A stretch of 59,567 nt of DNA, filler included, from Sphacelaria rigidula (taxonomy: Eukaryota), in the NCBI GenBank assembly GCA_964200075.2. It is 7 parts of 7 records of this genome, joined end to end, with 100 filler letters (N's around TTAATTAATTAA, not from the genome) between each part and the next. Parts side by side here need not be neighbours in the genome. Positions count along the whole stretch, not along the records: positions 8,526 to 16,950 come from CAXNAA020011184.1; positions 17,051 to 25,474 come from CAXNAA020011185.1; 5 more parts are not named here. The stretch is one strand, 5' to 3'. The first letter of the stretch is position 1, and each line of letters begins with the position of its first letter. Made by a program: the position numbers and the translations under genes. The notes under the pieces were generated by a model. The model searched no databases. It was not told where the DNA came from and saw only the letters and a list, made by a program, of their open reading frames with translations. This document shows positions 12,235-25,474 of this stretch, piece after piece.

Positions 12235-15200
12235 ATGGCTTCTGTACGGAGCACTCCGATCGAAACCACCGTGCATCAGCAGCGGGTGGGGGATGGCGGG
12301 GGAGGCTGCGGAGGGGATGGTGGAGGGACCCCCAGCAACGAAGGAGGACAGCAGCACCACCAACAACAACAGCACCACCACCAACAACAACAACAACATC
12401 ACCAACAACAACAACACAGGGATCGAGGAAACGCGGAAACAGGCCGCATCAGCAACAGCGAACGCAAAGGTAGCAGTGTAGCAAAGCACGGTCTGACGAG
12501 CAGGACTACCTCCTTCCGAAGTAACAACGCTCGGACGCCGCTCAGTAAGCAGCATCACAACACCAGCGGCGATCACTTCGGCTCTTCCTCGCCGGCAGGG
12601 ATGGTAGCGAGGGGTGGAGGAGGTGGCGGGGACGACGGAGGTGGTGGTGGTGGTGGTGGTGGAGCAGGAGGAGGAGGAGGAGGAGGGACGGTGGGCGACC
12701 GGGAGTCTTCACTAGTGCTAAACTCGGGGTCGAGAACGCGACGAATCACTCCCGATATCAGCAGGGGGCCTCGGTAGGTAGTCCAGCGCCCTTCTCATCT
12801 CCCGACAAGATAACGTGCACAGGACCTGACAGGACCGTGGCACCGATTACAACAATGTGTAATCGCCATCGTAGCATCTATCCGTGTATACAGTATGATG
12901 TGACACAACATTTTGAGAATGCAGTAACGAGCCGTGACAGTTGTCTGACTGCAACAGTATGTGCAGTAGTGGAGGCCTTTCCTAATATCCTGTATGTGGT
13001 GAACGCGCTGAACGCGCTGTGCTACGCTGATGACGTTATTCCTGTATATCATGCAATGGGTGTTGAATGTGCGACTGCTTGCACGACGCTTATGTTAGCA
13101 CAGCCAAACTAGACTGTATCGTGCTTCCACCGCTCTTCGAAGACTATGTTGGGTTGTTCTATAATCTGAGGTGTGTCCATGCAGGTTTACCACGATGCGA
13201 ACCATCGCAACAGAAAAGGTGGACACTGTTGTGTGGCTGCACACTGCCCGTCAAGTGGAAATGACCCTAAGAGATTATTATGACGGGTGGCTGTTGCGGC
13301 AGCAGCATTGATGGGAGGGAGCATGAGGTCACGGAACCCAAGACGCCGTACACTGTACTGTAATATACTCTACTGCGAGTTCAGGAATTCGTTTTTTTCC
13401 TGGAAGCTGATGATCAATCACAGTAAAAGAAAACGCAGAGCAGCGAGACCGCCACCAAGCGACAAGAGCGGGGCGCTCGAGTAGACAGACTGTCATTCAG
13501 CTGAAAAGGTGGAATCTCAACGGCATCTGTAGCTCCCTCCGCTTCCTACTTTCCCTAGATCACCTCAAACGTGGTGGCAAAGAAGTAGCTCGTACCTCTT
13601 TCTTCACTCTCACCCCGTCAGTGTACTGTGCCTCACTGCCTCTCGTCCCCGCTCCTGCGAATACCACGCTCAACAACGCCCTCACACAACATGAATCAGA
13701 GACAATAATTGTACAACATCCGATCGCCGCCTCTCCAATCCTGCTGGAGGAGGACGTGGTGACTCGCTTCGTCGCAGTCGAGACACGAGTGTGCCCGATA
13801 CCCCGAACACCATCAATGGCGAACGTCGAGGAGGCCACGGCAGAGATGGCCCAAATACCGCAGCGCGAGAATCAACGGTCATCGCTGAAGGAGGGAACGG
13901 GGTGGGGGGAGGTGACAGAGATCGAGGGCCAGTGCGGTCAGGAGCGGGTGGCGAGCGAGACCGAGGCACTACGTTTCGTGGGACCGGCGTTGGCGGGGGT
14001 GGGGGTGGATGCGGAGGCGGGGGTGACGAGGAGTTGCTTATGGAGGTGCCCGGGCGATACGAGCGTATGCGTGTGTTAGGGCGAGGGAGTTTCGGGGCGG
14101 TCACGTTGGTGAAAGACAATCGAGATAGTAAGCTATATGCGATGAAGACGCTGAACTGTTCGGATAAGCTCGAGGAGAAGCAGACGGCAATGGACGAGGT
14201 GTGCCAGGATCAATCCCATAGGATTCCAAGGTTGTGTCAATGGCAGGGGTAACTGTCAACACTGCGGTGGGTTTTGCTCACATTATGGTCTCACTCAGGA
14301 TCATGTAGGTCTCTCCTGAGGCTCTGTCGGGGCGCCGCCCTTATAAAGAGGTCGTACCCCTCGGTCGTAACAAACTAACCCTTTGAATTTCGATGCCCTC
14401 ACAGGCGCTTAGTGCTACGCGTAATGGGACGGTGGCGCAGCGTTACTCTTTCTCGATAGGCGTTGTACTGATCGGTTCAGGCGCCCACGTAAATAATCCC
14501 TGTACGATTGCTGGGCATGTTCATGAGGGACAGAACATGACGTGACGTAATAGCTGGTGGTCGCTCGATATTTCATACTCTCCCCGTACCCCTTGCTACA
14601 CAATGTGGTGAACGGATTGGTGCGTGAGAACGCATCCATCACGTTATTTTTCACTAGCAGGCCATACTAAGATCTTTGTCCATGTCATTGATGGCTCTTT
14701 CAACGTTCGAGACTGTACATTGCCCCCAACCTCTGTCTTTGTGTTACTCTGCCTTCAAGGCCATGTAATCAAATAGCGAGACTGGAACCCAGGAATGGGC
14801 GCGGTATATCAATATTTCACCCTTTGCCCTGCTCACAGCGAGGCTGCTATTGGCAACATATGTTCGGCAGTGACTTACCTCGGAAAACAATCGTACATCG
14901 AGGCGCTCTGTGTTGACGAAACCGTCAAGGTTGCCTTCAAAATATTTGCTGTAATCTTACTGTACAAGGCGAGTCAATTAAGCGATCTGGTGCGAGAAGT
15001 GCGAGTCATACCTAAAATTGCAGCAACAGTTTCCCGTAAATATAGCCACCGCGCCGCGGTGGTTTGGATTTAAATGACATATATTGCAACCCATTGGAGC
15101 CAAGTTGAAGGTTCGAATGCTAGCAGATATGTTATTTTTTCTCGGCGATATAATAATGTTTCTGGCGTTTAGAACGCGAGGTCTTGAGAAACGAAGAAAA

Positions 15201-16552
15201 GTTTATGTAAGTCGACGAAGTGCGGGAGTGTTGATCCTACCCGCCGTACCGAAATGCGAGACATGTACCTGGGGGGAAATGGGTAGGGGGTACAAGAAAT
15301 GGTGCATTCACAATTTATGAGTTTTTTCGCATGTTCTTTTCAATACATCTCCTTTTGTCCCCGACACTGCGATACGAAACGTGTACAGGTCCGTCTACTT
15401 CGTTGGCTGAAGCACCCTTCCATCTTGACGCTTTTCGACACCTTCCTCAGCTCGGACGGGCGACTTGTGTGTCTCACGACCACCTACTGTGAGTCCGGAG
15501 ATCTTGCTAAGATCGTGAAGCACGCCGCCAAAACTAAATGTCTACTCGGCGAGAAGACTGTACTTGGATGGTTCACCCAGGTATGCAGCTTCAGAGGAGC
15601 GACGTGACGAGGGTAACGTTAGAGATACGAGAGGACCTAAAATGGTGATGCCGTAATTAAAGTTTGCCTTGCTTCCATAGCAAAAAGTGTTTGTATTCAA
15701 ACTCTCGTCCTCGTCGTGTCCTGGGCGGCGGATACCTTAGACCTCCGACGGTGGTGTGGTTCTGAAACGCTACCTACCACCCATGCATGACGCCTCCGCG
15801 GTTCATAACCTCTCGTGCACGCTGCGTTTGCACGTATGTCGTGTGCGTCACTCCAAAAGAACAGCTGTGTCTTGGGGTGCATCACCTACACGAGGAGAAG
15901 AAAGTCCTCCACCGCGACATTAAACCAAATAACGTTTTCTTGATGGACAGCAAGAAAATTGTGCAGCTGGGGGACTTTGGCCTCGCCAGGGTGATTAAAG
16001 ACGGCGACAATCAGGTCAAAACAGAGGTGTGTTGATCCGCACTCTGCTCGTGTGTCTTAGTTCAAGCTGCACGTGCGTACGTTTTGGGCCCGGGATGCTT
16101 GCTGCGGGAAGTGCTTTTGTTTTCACACCCTACGAGGGGCCAGTTCACCTGAAGTCCGGAAACTTCGGTTTCACGAAATGATGGATGAACGCACTCCAGA
16201 TGTCATTCCTTGCTCGTGGGAAATGTTTCAACGCGGTACTACTTTCGAGCTGTGCCAAAGGAGCAGCGAAACAGCTAAAGGTGGCCGTATAATTGGATAT
16301 GCAAGGGCTAGCATCAAATGTAGAGTGCAGGCGGGAACGGCGCTTCAGTATCTTCCGGTTCAACCCCACCGGCGTGCGCGTCAACACGCTTATTGTCAGG
16401 TCGGCACGCCGTACTACACTTCGCCGGAGATGTGCAACAATTTGCCCTACGGCTTCCCCTCAGACGTGTGGAGCCTGGGAATCGTGCTTTTCGAGCTGCT
16501 TGCCCTCGACGTGCCGTTCCGATCCAGGGATGTCGTGGCATTGGTGTCACAG
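12235..16552 (+). CDS. NIMA-related (NEK-family) Ser/Thr protein kinase, 3'-partial; exons 12235-12773, 13700-14198, 15389-15580, 15865-16026, 16400-16552
   Basis: The spliced product contains [91 protein letters not shown]. The GTPYY.SPE and WF.Q...HLH motifs are typical of NEKs. All junctions are GT-AG and in phase. Exon 1 is less certain. Confidence 0.92.
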
Positions 16553-17050
16553 GTAAAAGCTCCGCGATTTAAATCTGGCGTCTATCTCCACGTCGGAGAA
16601 CCTAAGGAGCGCAAAGAGAGACGGGCGGGGACGTGAAAGGGGTCGACGATGTTGCTCTCGGTCGATGACTTCGATGAAAACGCCACAGGTCGAAAAGCAA
16701 GAGCCAAACGAGTGACGCTACCTACGTTCGCGATGACACTTACATTCTCAAAATAGTTTGTGCCCTGGGAGGCGCGTTCAAACGTTTGCCTCCTTGTCCG
16801 GTGCGCACAAGTACATATAGGCACCGAAGTCCGCGGAATGTTTTCATGATATTGCATGCCGTGGTCACAAGGTCGTCCTTGCATCGCTACGAAGTCGAGA
16901 CGGAGCACGCCGGGTTTTCGCCGGACCAGGCTCGCAATCAATCACCAAGCNNNNNNNNNNNNNNNNNNNNNNNNNNNNNNNNNNNNNNNNNNNNTTAATT
17001 AATTAANNNNNNNNNNNNNNNNNNNNNNNNNNNNNNNNNNNNNNNNNNNN

Positions 17051-17119
17051 CTTTATTCTGTGGTATCGCCACTTCCAGAGACAGCCACAGCTTATACACT
17101 GCCTCATGGGTGTCTAACC
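17051..17119 (-). repeat. Dispersed repeat end, reverse complement of 42457-42521; short match also at ~25952
   Basis: ttattctgtggtatcgccacttccagagacagccacagcttatacactgcctcatgggtgtctaacc matches the reverse complement of ggttagacacccatgaggcagtatataagccgtggctctctggaagtggcgatagcacaaaataa. Confidence 0.8.
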
Positions 17120-17418
17120 CGGGGCTGTCGTAGAAAGTGTCATTGCTTGCTTTGTTATAAAGTGATCGCTTCGCACCGTACGAATCAATCCTTTGGGCTT
17201 GTTATCAGTGTATGAACAAGCCCCAGCCAGGTACGCGCACCGCAGGCACGCGAGGTACTATAGCGCACAAGTTTGCGTGCCAATAGAGACCGTTTTGACC
17301 CGCGGTCAAGTCGTTTTCTTATTCCGAGTGATCAGACCTCTGATATCGTAGATTTTGGTGATTCGAACTAGCGATGGTTCGCCCGACCGTTGAATATATA
17401 TATACATATATATGCATA

Positions 17419-18025
17419 CTTCCTTTGTCTCGTAAGTTAGGGTACCTATGGGCAATACGTTGTCAGGGTATAACCGTGTTAGTGAGGACAGTATTGTCCG
17501 GTTCGTTAGAAAGGTAAGACGAAGACAAAGCCAGAGAAGAAGGAAAAAACGAGGTTCTATTCCTTAACCTAAAATGGGTTAAGTTATAATCTATTTTGTT
17601 CTAGTTTGGGAATATGTTTTAGAATGTCTTTGAGAATGTGAGATATCTCGAAAATTCTTAAAAGCATCCAAATTTAGTACCCTACCTTCCCACTACACCA
17701 TTCGAGCTATGGAGTCACCCCTCAGCACACACCCCCACCTCGCAGAAGGGGCGCCGAGATATCCGTTGATGGCCGCTACGCAATGGCGACAGTGGTTTTC
17801 GACACTTTCTTCCCCGTGGGAAAGGCGTGAAATACGGCCAATATTGGGCCGGCTGTTTTTTTTCCCAGCCGTTCGGCCGTATGGTTCAAGCATCGACTGA
17901 AGAAAAACAAAAAATAGGTAACTCGAAGAACACCGAAGATTTATGCAATAAAAAACGAAAAACAGATGGGACACGGTTGAGGGCCCGTACAAAGGTAGGT
18001 ACCCTAACTTATGAGACAGAGGAAG
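17419..18025. mobile_element. Stowaway/Tc1-mariner-type MITE
   Basis: TIRs cttcctttgtctcgtaagttagggtaccta / taggtaccctaacttatgagacagaggaag; TA on both sides. Confidence 0.82.
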
Positions 18026-18712
18026 TATACACATAAATTTGTGCAGGACCCGCCCAGTCTTAGTGACAAATACTGTTCTGCGCCCCGGGTCAACCATGTT
18101 TTCTCGCTTTCACCCGAAACAGGAATATCTTGCATACGGTATATAGGAATTGATATGGGGCCCACGAATGATCCTGCCCCCTAAGGCCCCGCTTCTTGTC
18201 TACCCCCTAGAACTTCATCTCTTGCATTCCACTTTTTACCAGTAGGTTCAATCAAATATTTTACGATAAACGCGAAAAAAAAAATCCCTTATTCTCGCGA
18301 GCCGGTTCTGTGGCAATAGTTGACGCGGATAACAGTGGTAGAGGTGAAGTTGTGATTGGGTCCTGCTTTAGACCATACAGCAAACATACAGCGTGTCGAC
18401 AATCAACATAGAGAGCACAGATATACGGGCATAGCCGTGATGGTATTTTTGATTTTTTTTGTCTCATTTCTAAGCCTTCCCCTTCCTCGGGATGAGTCTA
18501 TAGTCGTCACCAGGGATCTAGTCATGCCTGCCTCCCCGGTACACGCCCTACTACACTTCCTCTCGCACCGCGTCGACCGTCACCTAACGAATTAAGCCAA
18601 AATAACCAAGTACTTTTGATACTTACGTCCTCATGTATCAACGGCCGAGGTCAGATACTGAGATAAAGAGGCCAACCTAGACGCATCCCGCGTTTTTTCT
18701 GGCATAGTCTGT

Positions 18713-18812
18713 TGTCTCTCTGTCTCTGTCTCTGTCTCTGTCTCTGTCTCTGTCTCTCCCTCTTTCCTTCTTTTCCCATCTCTAGCTATATATATATATA
18801 TATATATATATA
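18713..18812. repeat. (TCTCTG)n and (TA)n microsatellites
   Basis: About seven hexamer units followed closely by a TA run. Confidence 0.9.
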
Positions 18813-19029
18813 TCCATATGTCTTCATTTCCTTCTGGTGCATGTACATCGCAGTTTGGCGCCTCGCTTCCGTAGGGGTCAAGTGTGACAGCTCATACCCA
18901 AAATAATGAGACCAAAGTAGTTTAACCGCAATCTGTTCTCACGGTTTGTTTTTTGTTTTCAAGTGGGCACAAGTGCATGTGCACTTCGGGGAAAAAAAAT
19001 CCCAACCTGAAACCATGCTACAGAGGTCG

Positions 19030-19268
19030 CTCATGTTTATTTATTTATTTCTTGTCTTTGTTTCGCTTTTTTTTTTTTTTTTTTTTTGCTCTTGGATTTT
19101 GTGTTCTTTCAGCCTCCTCCGTTCGTCTGTATTACCTTTCCGTTTTCTTCACTTCCACGTCAGCGAGCATTTCGGTCTTGCTATACCTCGGGTACGTCTG
19201 CCTTATGGATAATGACCACGGCTGGATCATGACTGCATGAGGGATCAGCTGGCGTGCGATAATCAATC
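19030..19268 (+). mobile_element. 3' end of an (AATC)n-tailed non-LTR retroposon (LINE/SINE remnant)
   Basis: Pyrimidine-rich tract, then ctcgggtacgtctgccttatggataatgaccacggctggatc...gggatcagctggcgtgcgat and an aatcaatc tail; the same core is seen at five other sites. Confidence 0.6.
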
Positions 19269-19281
19269 AGATCGAATCCAC

Positions 19282-19550
19282 CACACATCGGAGGGCTCAT
19301 GAGCTACCCAACACCTTACGTCTTGATAGTGTACCGATCCGGATCATGAGCTAGCTCATTTGGCTCCCTTTTTCCGTACAGCATGTTCTCGCTACAGTAC
19401 TGGACGCGGAGCATGCGGAGTAGCGCACAGGCAGCGCTTTGGCTTCTCCGACCCGGCGGTCATGTGTTTGGTGTTCTTGGGCAACGAATCCAAGGGTCCT
19501 CCTCGATTAGTTATTTTATGTAATATAGCTCATGAGCTGTCCGACTCGTG
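19282..19550. mobile_element. MITE-like element with CAC...GTG ends
   Basis: Imperfect TIR cacacatcggagggctcatgagcta / tagctcatgagctgtccgactcgtg; no clear TSD. Confidence 0.45.
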
Positions 19551-19820
19551 AAATCAGCCAATCAACGGGGGCAGTTGTACCGTTAGACCGCCGGGGCGAC
19601 GTGGGTACAAGCCATGAAAGATTACAAACGCCATGTATCACTCCATAGACATTCAACTTTTGATGCCTCCCCTTGCACGTACTTTTATTGTGCGTGCCCC
19701 AAGCGCACACTAAATTTCTTCTATTGTACGCCCTGCTTTTGCAGAAAATAATCTCATACTTTTGCACAAGAGAGAAGAAACGCCTTCCTCTGCGACGCCG
19801 CCGGCCGCGATGTCACACAG

Positions 19821-22800
19821 GTACCAACCGACTCGTCGGGGTATGGAAACTGGACTCAGCCTGAGAAACAGCAGGACTGCGTCGCCGATCCCGGTGCTGC
19901 ATGGGAGGATAGGAATGACATATCTTGCGAGGTCGTCAGCCCTCAGGGCAGGTATGCATCAGGCGTTGCAAAATATACCAATGGATGAAGGTAAAGCGTT
20001 CTGTTTTGTTTGGACAATGACCCCTCTGTGAATGCTACCTCTTTCTCATCTCGTTGACAATGTGCAGCGCATAATGTTAAATGTTTACCGTGATAACTAG
20101 AGATTTACTGCCATGGAACAGTTTTTCGGACAACCGTTTCACGTTGTTTCTCTTGACATCTCTTGACATCATAGGAGGGTTCGTATCTCGGGTGTTGTGT
20201 GGGTAAATGACGTACGAGGGGGTTTCTCAAACTCTCCAAATGATCGCAAACACGACTCCCAAGCAAGAAAGGTGAAATTAGGACAAGGCCGAAATGAAGG
20301 CGAATGACAGATAACGTTTTTGTGAGATTGAGATTAGAGCGGTCGATTGAGAGTGAGTTATATGATTCGCTTCTAGTTGACCAGTTTTGCATTCTGGGTG
20401 TGCTTGTCTTTGCTTATAACACTGTCGTGTAAATTTCAACTACACGTCCATATCCTACTCGGGGATATCGATGGCTTCAGTGGCAAGCTACTACAGCAAG
20501 CATACCGGGCCTCATGGAGGATAATTTCGGAAGTGAAACTATTTATTCGTCAGTTCATCGCTCCTCACTCTCAATCGTGTCCTCTACTCTCAATCGTATG
20601 AAAACATTGTTAGATCTAAATATACTCGGACGTTTCCTGCCGTATTCAGGTACACAGTGTACGGGTAGTGTAAGCCGGCCAGATGTTTAGCCGGTTGATG
20701 GATCAAAAACACTGCCTGACTGTTTCTGGCGGAAACCGCGATGGATATACCTCGTTGATTGTATTGTATTGATTCATTGATTGAGTGTAACACACTAACC
20801 TATCCCCGGGTGTCCCAGCCGTGGTCGTTATCCACAAGATGTACGTACCCGCGATAAATATTACGGAAATGCTCGCTGAAAAAAGACTGGCTAAAACACA
20901 GTGATCAACAGATAGATCAAGGTCAGCCAAACCAACAGAACTGGAACACAAATACAAAACCAAAGCGAAGTCGAAAAGGGAAAGCAAGGGGAAAGCAAAG
21001 GAAACGAAAGAAAAGGAAGGCAAAGGAAACGAAAGCAAAATTAAGCAAAGCTAACCTAAGCTAAGAAAAGCAAAGGCAAGGAGAAGACTGAAACAAAACA
21101 ACAAGGACTTCGTGCAAAAACAGCAGAAGGATCCACACACAGAACAAAACAAACGAGGCCATGAGTGCAGATTGCGTCTCAGCTATTTCGGGTTGTAGTA
21201 GTGACCGCAGAAAGTGTCGTCGAGGGCAGGTGCTTGTACTGTGAGTGAACAACATAGGCAATTACGTGAGCAGACAGTACAGTACAGCGTGCAATATCGT
21301 GCGTTAGGTGGTAGTGTGCCGCAACGCGTGTAACACACGCATTTACCGGACTAGGGTTATTCGTCACTTTCAGGTACTTTTCGAAATCCAGGTATAAGGT
21401 TGGGAGAAGATACGAAAACTTCAGGTATACCTGCATTGTTTTCCCGTTACAAACAGGTTTGCGGCCAATCACGTGGCTACAAGTCTGGCCGGCTTGTACT
21501 GACCGTACACTGTGTACCTGAGCTGAATATGGCGGGAACTTGTCCAGATATACCTGGATATGTCGTTTGTCCCCCTATTCAAGGCCTCAACAACCGAGGT
21601 ACTGAGCTGGTTTTCCTTATTGCCTCACACAGAAAACGGCATACGTCCGCTATGTTTTTGAAATCCATTCCTGAGATCAAACTACCTATTTTGAAAAAAC
21701 GAATAACACTTTTGGGTCCCTACTCACTTTTTCTCATCACCGTCCCGCGTCTGTACGTGTATATGCACATCGTATGTGCATGTGTACACTGTGGACAGCT
21801 GCGCTGAGAAAAGGGAAAAAAGATTCCTGGACCTGTTTATGACAGTCAACTACAAAGTTGTAAGCTCATATTTACTCTGTGGTAACCTTGCCTTCTTTTC
21901 CGAATCGAGGCCGATCATTTCTTTCGTGCGCTAGCGGAGAGCTATGATATATGTGTGTATTTCATTCTCGAAGTTCGGCTGATCTTATCACGTGGCAATT
22001 AGGCGGTTTCGGAAACCGTCTCCTTTTCTCAGGGTAAAGTGTTTACATCCGATTATGATTTGATCGTCACACATGAACTGATTTCCTCGAGATCCAGCCA
22101 CACGTTCACCGAAGGATAGACGTGTCCAAGGCATATCAAAGCGGGAACGCTCTGCAGAGGGGGGCTCGAGAAAGGGCGAAAACAAACAGGGCAAGAGAGA
22201 GGAAGGGCACAGAGTAATCAAGCCGAGAGACGAAAACCAAAAAACGGAACAGAAAGAAGAACGCGAGAGGTAGCAAACAAACACGCAAAATAACGATACG
22301 AACAAACGAACAAACAACAACAAATAAACAGAGGGAAAAAGAGCAGGAAGAAATGGAAAAGAAAAATGAAAAGAAAACGAAATATGCCTCATCATACCTC
22401 CGCGTTGTGAGTTTCTCATGCACCGGGAGAAAAAAAGACACAGGTCTCCGAAAACCGTTAAGCTCGTGAGATACCTGTCTGTACACTAACGCAAGGTAAG
22501 CCAAGAATAAAGGGTAGGCTTCCGAAGCTGCCTATTTCCTGCTCTGTGCTGGGGTGACCTCAGCCCCAGCTGGGGTGCCGGGACCATCGTGTTAGAACAG
22601 ACCTCATCCCACACAATCGGGAGCCAACATCTCGGCGGAATAAGACACAAACACGACAAGTTTAATTGTTAGCCCTCCAGGGTTGCAGGACTATCCTGTC
22701 GCTGTAAAATTCATTGTGCATTCTGGAATACTCTCGCTAGACAAACACCTCTCTTACATGGGCCAATCGATCTATCATGCTTGAGCATATATCTTTGCAC

Positions 22801-25385
22801 TACAATATCAAGGTAAAACCGGATACAAGCAGCGCAGTGAGCGTGTAGTAAACAGGTATATAGCGGAGGGGCCCTAGCTTCATAGCCGAAGCGAGTTGGG
22901 CAGCAGTTGGGGTACGAAAACGCAGTCAAGTATGTATTAAACATGGTATGATGACATTTTGTCTCTCTATCTTAAAGGGGGGGATTCAAACGATATTCGG
23001 AAGGTATCACAGTTTCGGAACGAAACAGGAGTCAGCTCAAAATATTGACCCCACCGAAACCGACAAACAGATTAACAATATGCTTCATCTGTTGTGGAGA
23101 GTCAAAATGCCCCCACTGCTATAATGTGATGATTGGTTGATTGGTTGATTATTAGTCGATTTTCGCACATCGAATGATCCCCGAGGAGTCGTAATCCAGC
23201 CGTGGTCACTATCCTCAAGGTAGACGTACGTAGCAAACGTGGACAGGACAGAAAGACACGCTGAAGAGGACTCAATAAGGGTAGAAGACGAAGAAAGTAA
23301 AATGGTGGACAGAGGAAAGAGATTGGTCTAAGCGAAACCGAGAGACACACGGAACGCAAAAAAGAAAAGCGAGGGGAAGGAAATGGAAGGAAATGAAAGA
23401 AAGAGAAGGGATGCGATTCATAAAAGTCGCAATGCGTATACTTCTCACTCGTCCGATTCTCCCGTGACTTCAGATGGTATCCGAAATGAACGATGTCATA
23501 TCTATTTCTTACACAGCGATGTAGCTGTCTGCGGTCCTAGCAGTTTTTCATATATGAAGCGTGTTCGTTGTTCTCTCTCATTCTGTCTCTCTGGCTCTCT
23601 GCATTGCTGCTCGGTGGTACCGGATGTGGCCATCATCCAGAGCTGGACACACATCGGCTTGGGACGAAAACCGGGGAGGCATGTGGCTTTACGGGGGATA
23701 CACTACCTTCTTCCCCTACATAAGCTCGGACGGGGCTGGATCTGACTACGGCACTACGGTATAACGGTAGACACTACGATCGACGAGAACGATCCCTGCG
23801 CACAGTAACGCGATGGGTGGCTGCTTTTGGTGGAGTAAAAGTATGCTCACTCTGTACGCTTGTTGTCGGTTTTGTTGGAGATAGATTAATGTCGTGTCCT
23901 ACAGGAGTTCGTTCCCCCGCATGTACTTTTTCGAGGTCGATCTTTCGGCTTCTTTCATTTACCCAGCTCTTCTTTCTTTTCCCCCGGGAATGAAAGGTGT
24001 TGGATACATGGAACAGTGGGTTCTCGAAAATGGGGTTGAACACAAAAACGAGGTTAAACTCAAATAACTTTCATATGGACCCCCCCATCCCTCCCGACCT
24101 CAATAAAACTATTTCGGAGATTTCTAGCCTTCCGTTCCCCCAAAGGGCATGTGCGAAAGCACACTTTTGCCTCGATTTCGGGGTGAAGAAAGGACCCTTT
24201 TCGGCCCAACAATCATGCTTTCGCACATACCCTTTGAGGGAACGGAAGGCCAAAAATCCCCCGAAATAGTTTGAGGGAGGTCGGGAGGGATGAGGCCGTT
24301 CATAGGACAGTCATTTGTCATGAAATTAGGTCAGGGAAAGCATGGCTTTTGAGTCGAACCTCAACCCAATTTCGAGAATCCACTGTTATGGACCTTTGCG
24401 TGTATATTCATTTCTTGTTGATTTTCCTTCGCTTTTTTTTTCTCTCTATTCTGTTTTCACGCGGACCCTGATTATTCTCACTCTCTTTCCTTTTTGCATA
24501 TCCCCCGCCCCTCTGTTTCCCCTTACCGAGGGTCATAATTTTTTCACAATGAGTGCGCCTACCTTGTGACTACGGCTGGATGATGACTTGAGGCGGACCT
24601 GTTGGCGTACGGCAATCGGACCGATCACTCAATCGTTTACCTATTGACTGTGATGTGGAGGTGTCGACATGGGAAGAATCTGTACAAGAAAATCTCAAAA
24701 GCAAATTCCTCCCCCCCCTCCCTCCTCCCGGAAATTCGCCAACGAACATACTTCAGAGAAGAGAGGGGTTCAACGTTTGAAACCAACAGGGTATGTACAC
24801 AAGGACGTAAAATGCACTGCGTGCCACAACATGCGCGTGCTCCACGATAAAAGGGCACGGGATAATGCCCATATGCCTCGCTTCCGCATCCGTTGCGGCG
24901 AATATCTATCTACATAGCAGCTAGGTGGATTAGATGGATGTCTATTGAGCTGACGTGCGCGGAAGATCTGATCGCTAGAGTCAGTGTGATGCGACCAATA
25001 TCTGATGAGCGTGGATATTCCTTTTTTTCTGTCAATAGCGATGTTTCCAGAGCACATTGTCGTACAGCAGTGTTTGTGCGTTCTGTTGTGGTCACAGACA
25101 CACGATCATCACTTCATGAGACCCCCTAGGTCACACAGTAGACCCACGCAACAACACAGACATTTTTCCAACAAACATCAATAAAGCCACTACCAGGAGC
25201 AAATAGCTGCACCCTGCCCGTCCACGATGTTGTTGCTGTCGCTGACCACATAGCTCTATGTGTGTGCCGTGTTCCAATGCTTGTTCCAGGCCCTAGGTAG
25301 GGGAGGATTCCGGCCGTATCCAGACTATCCCTACTTCCTGTCGGACATGTGGTTCTACAATCGCACGTCGGGTCGCTGGACGGAG
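19821..25385 (+). CDS. Kelch-repeat protein, internal exons 19821-19951, 23641-23758, 25290-25385
   Basis: In-phase splicing gives VPTDSSGYGNW...EVVSPQG-R-AGHTSAWDENRGGMWLYGGYTTFFPY...DYGTT/ALGRGGFRPYPDYPYFLSDMWFYNRTSGRWTE. This contains the Kelch blade signature P.GR.GH...hhhYGG...D.W.Y....RW. Confidence 0.82.
20310..20612. mobile_element. Degenerate MITE with long TIRs; a related right end is at the start of contig 4 (~25595-25642)
   Basis: taacgtttttgtgagattgagattagagcggtcgattgagagtgag is inverted relative to ctcactctcaatcgtgtcctctactctcaatcgtatgaaaacattgtta. Confidence 0.55.
20755..21130 (-). mobile_element. (AATC)n-tailed retroposon 3' end
   Basis: gattg-type tail, core atccccgggtgtcccagccgtggtcgttatccacaagatgtacgtacccg, then an A/G-rich tract. 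Confidence 0.6.
22050..22385 (-). mobile_element. (AATC)n-tailed retroposon 3' end (diverged)
   Basis: gattatgatttgatcgtcacacatgaactgatttcctcgagatccagcc...gatagacgtgtcc plus an A/G-rich tract. Confidence 0.5.
23128..23410 (-). mobile_element. (AATC)n-tailed retroposon 3' end
   Basis: gattggttgattggttgatt...tcgcacatcgaatgatccccgagg...atccagccgtggtcactatcctcaaggtagacgtac plus an A/G-rich tract. Confidence 0.6.
24012..24387. mobile_element. Long imperfect palindrome (foldback MITE) in a Kelch-gene intron
   Basis: Outer arms aacagtgggttctcgaaaatggggttga / tcaacccaatttcgagaatccactgtt. Inner ~75-bp arms catccctcccgacctc...aaagggcatgtgcgaaagca / tgctttcgcacatacccttt...gaggtcgggagggatg. Confidence 0.8.
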
Positions 25386-25403
25386 GTGAACCAGAACCCT
25401 AGA

Positions 25404-25474
25404 ACCGGTCGCCCCGGTGGCTCAGTTGGTAACCTCGTAACCTTCTGATGGTTGAGTTGGGGGGTTCGATTCCC
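25404..25474 (+). mobile_element. tRNA-derived SINE 5' head (truncated by contig end)
   Basis: Pol III A box tggctcagttgg and B box ggttcgattccc; near-identical to the 5' part of the copy at 59418. Confidence 0.75.

Noticed and set aside
23614..23640. Extension of the Kelch exon upstream (RWYRMWPSSR) implying a missing acceptor
   Set aside because: The AG at 23639-23640 joins in phase to exon 19821-19951, which supplies PQG-R.
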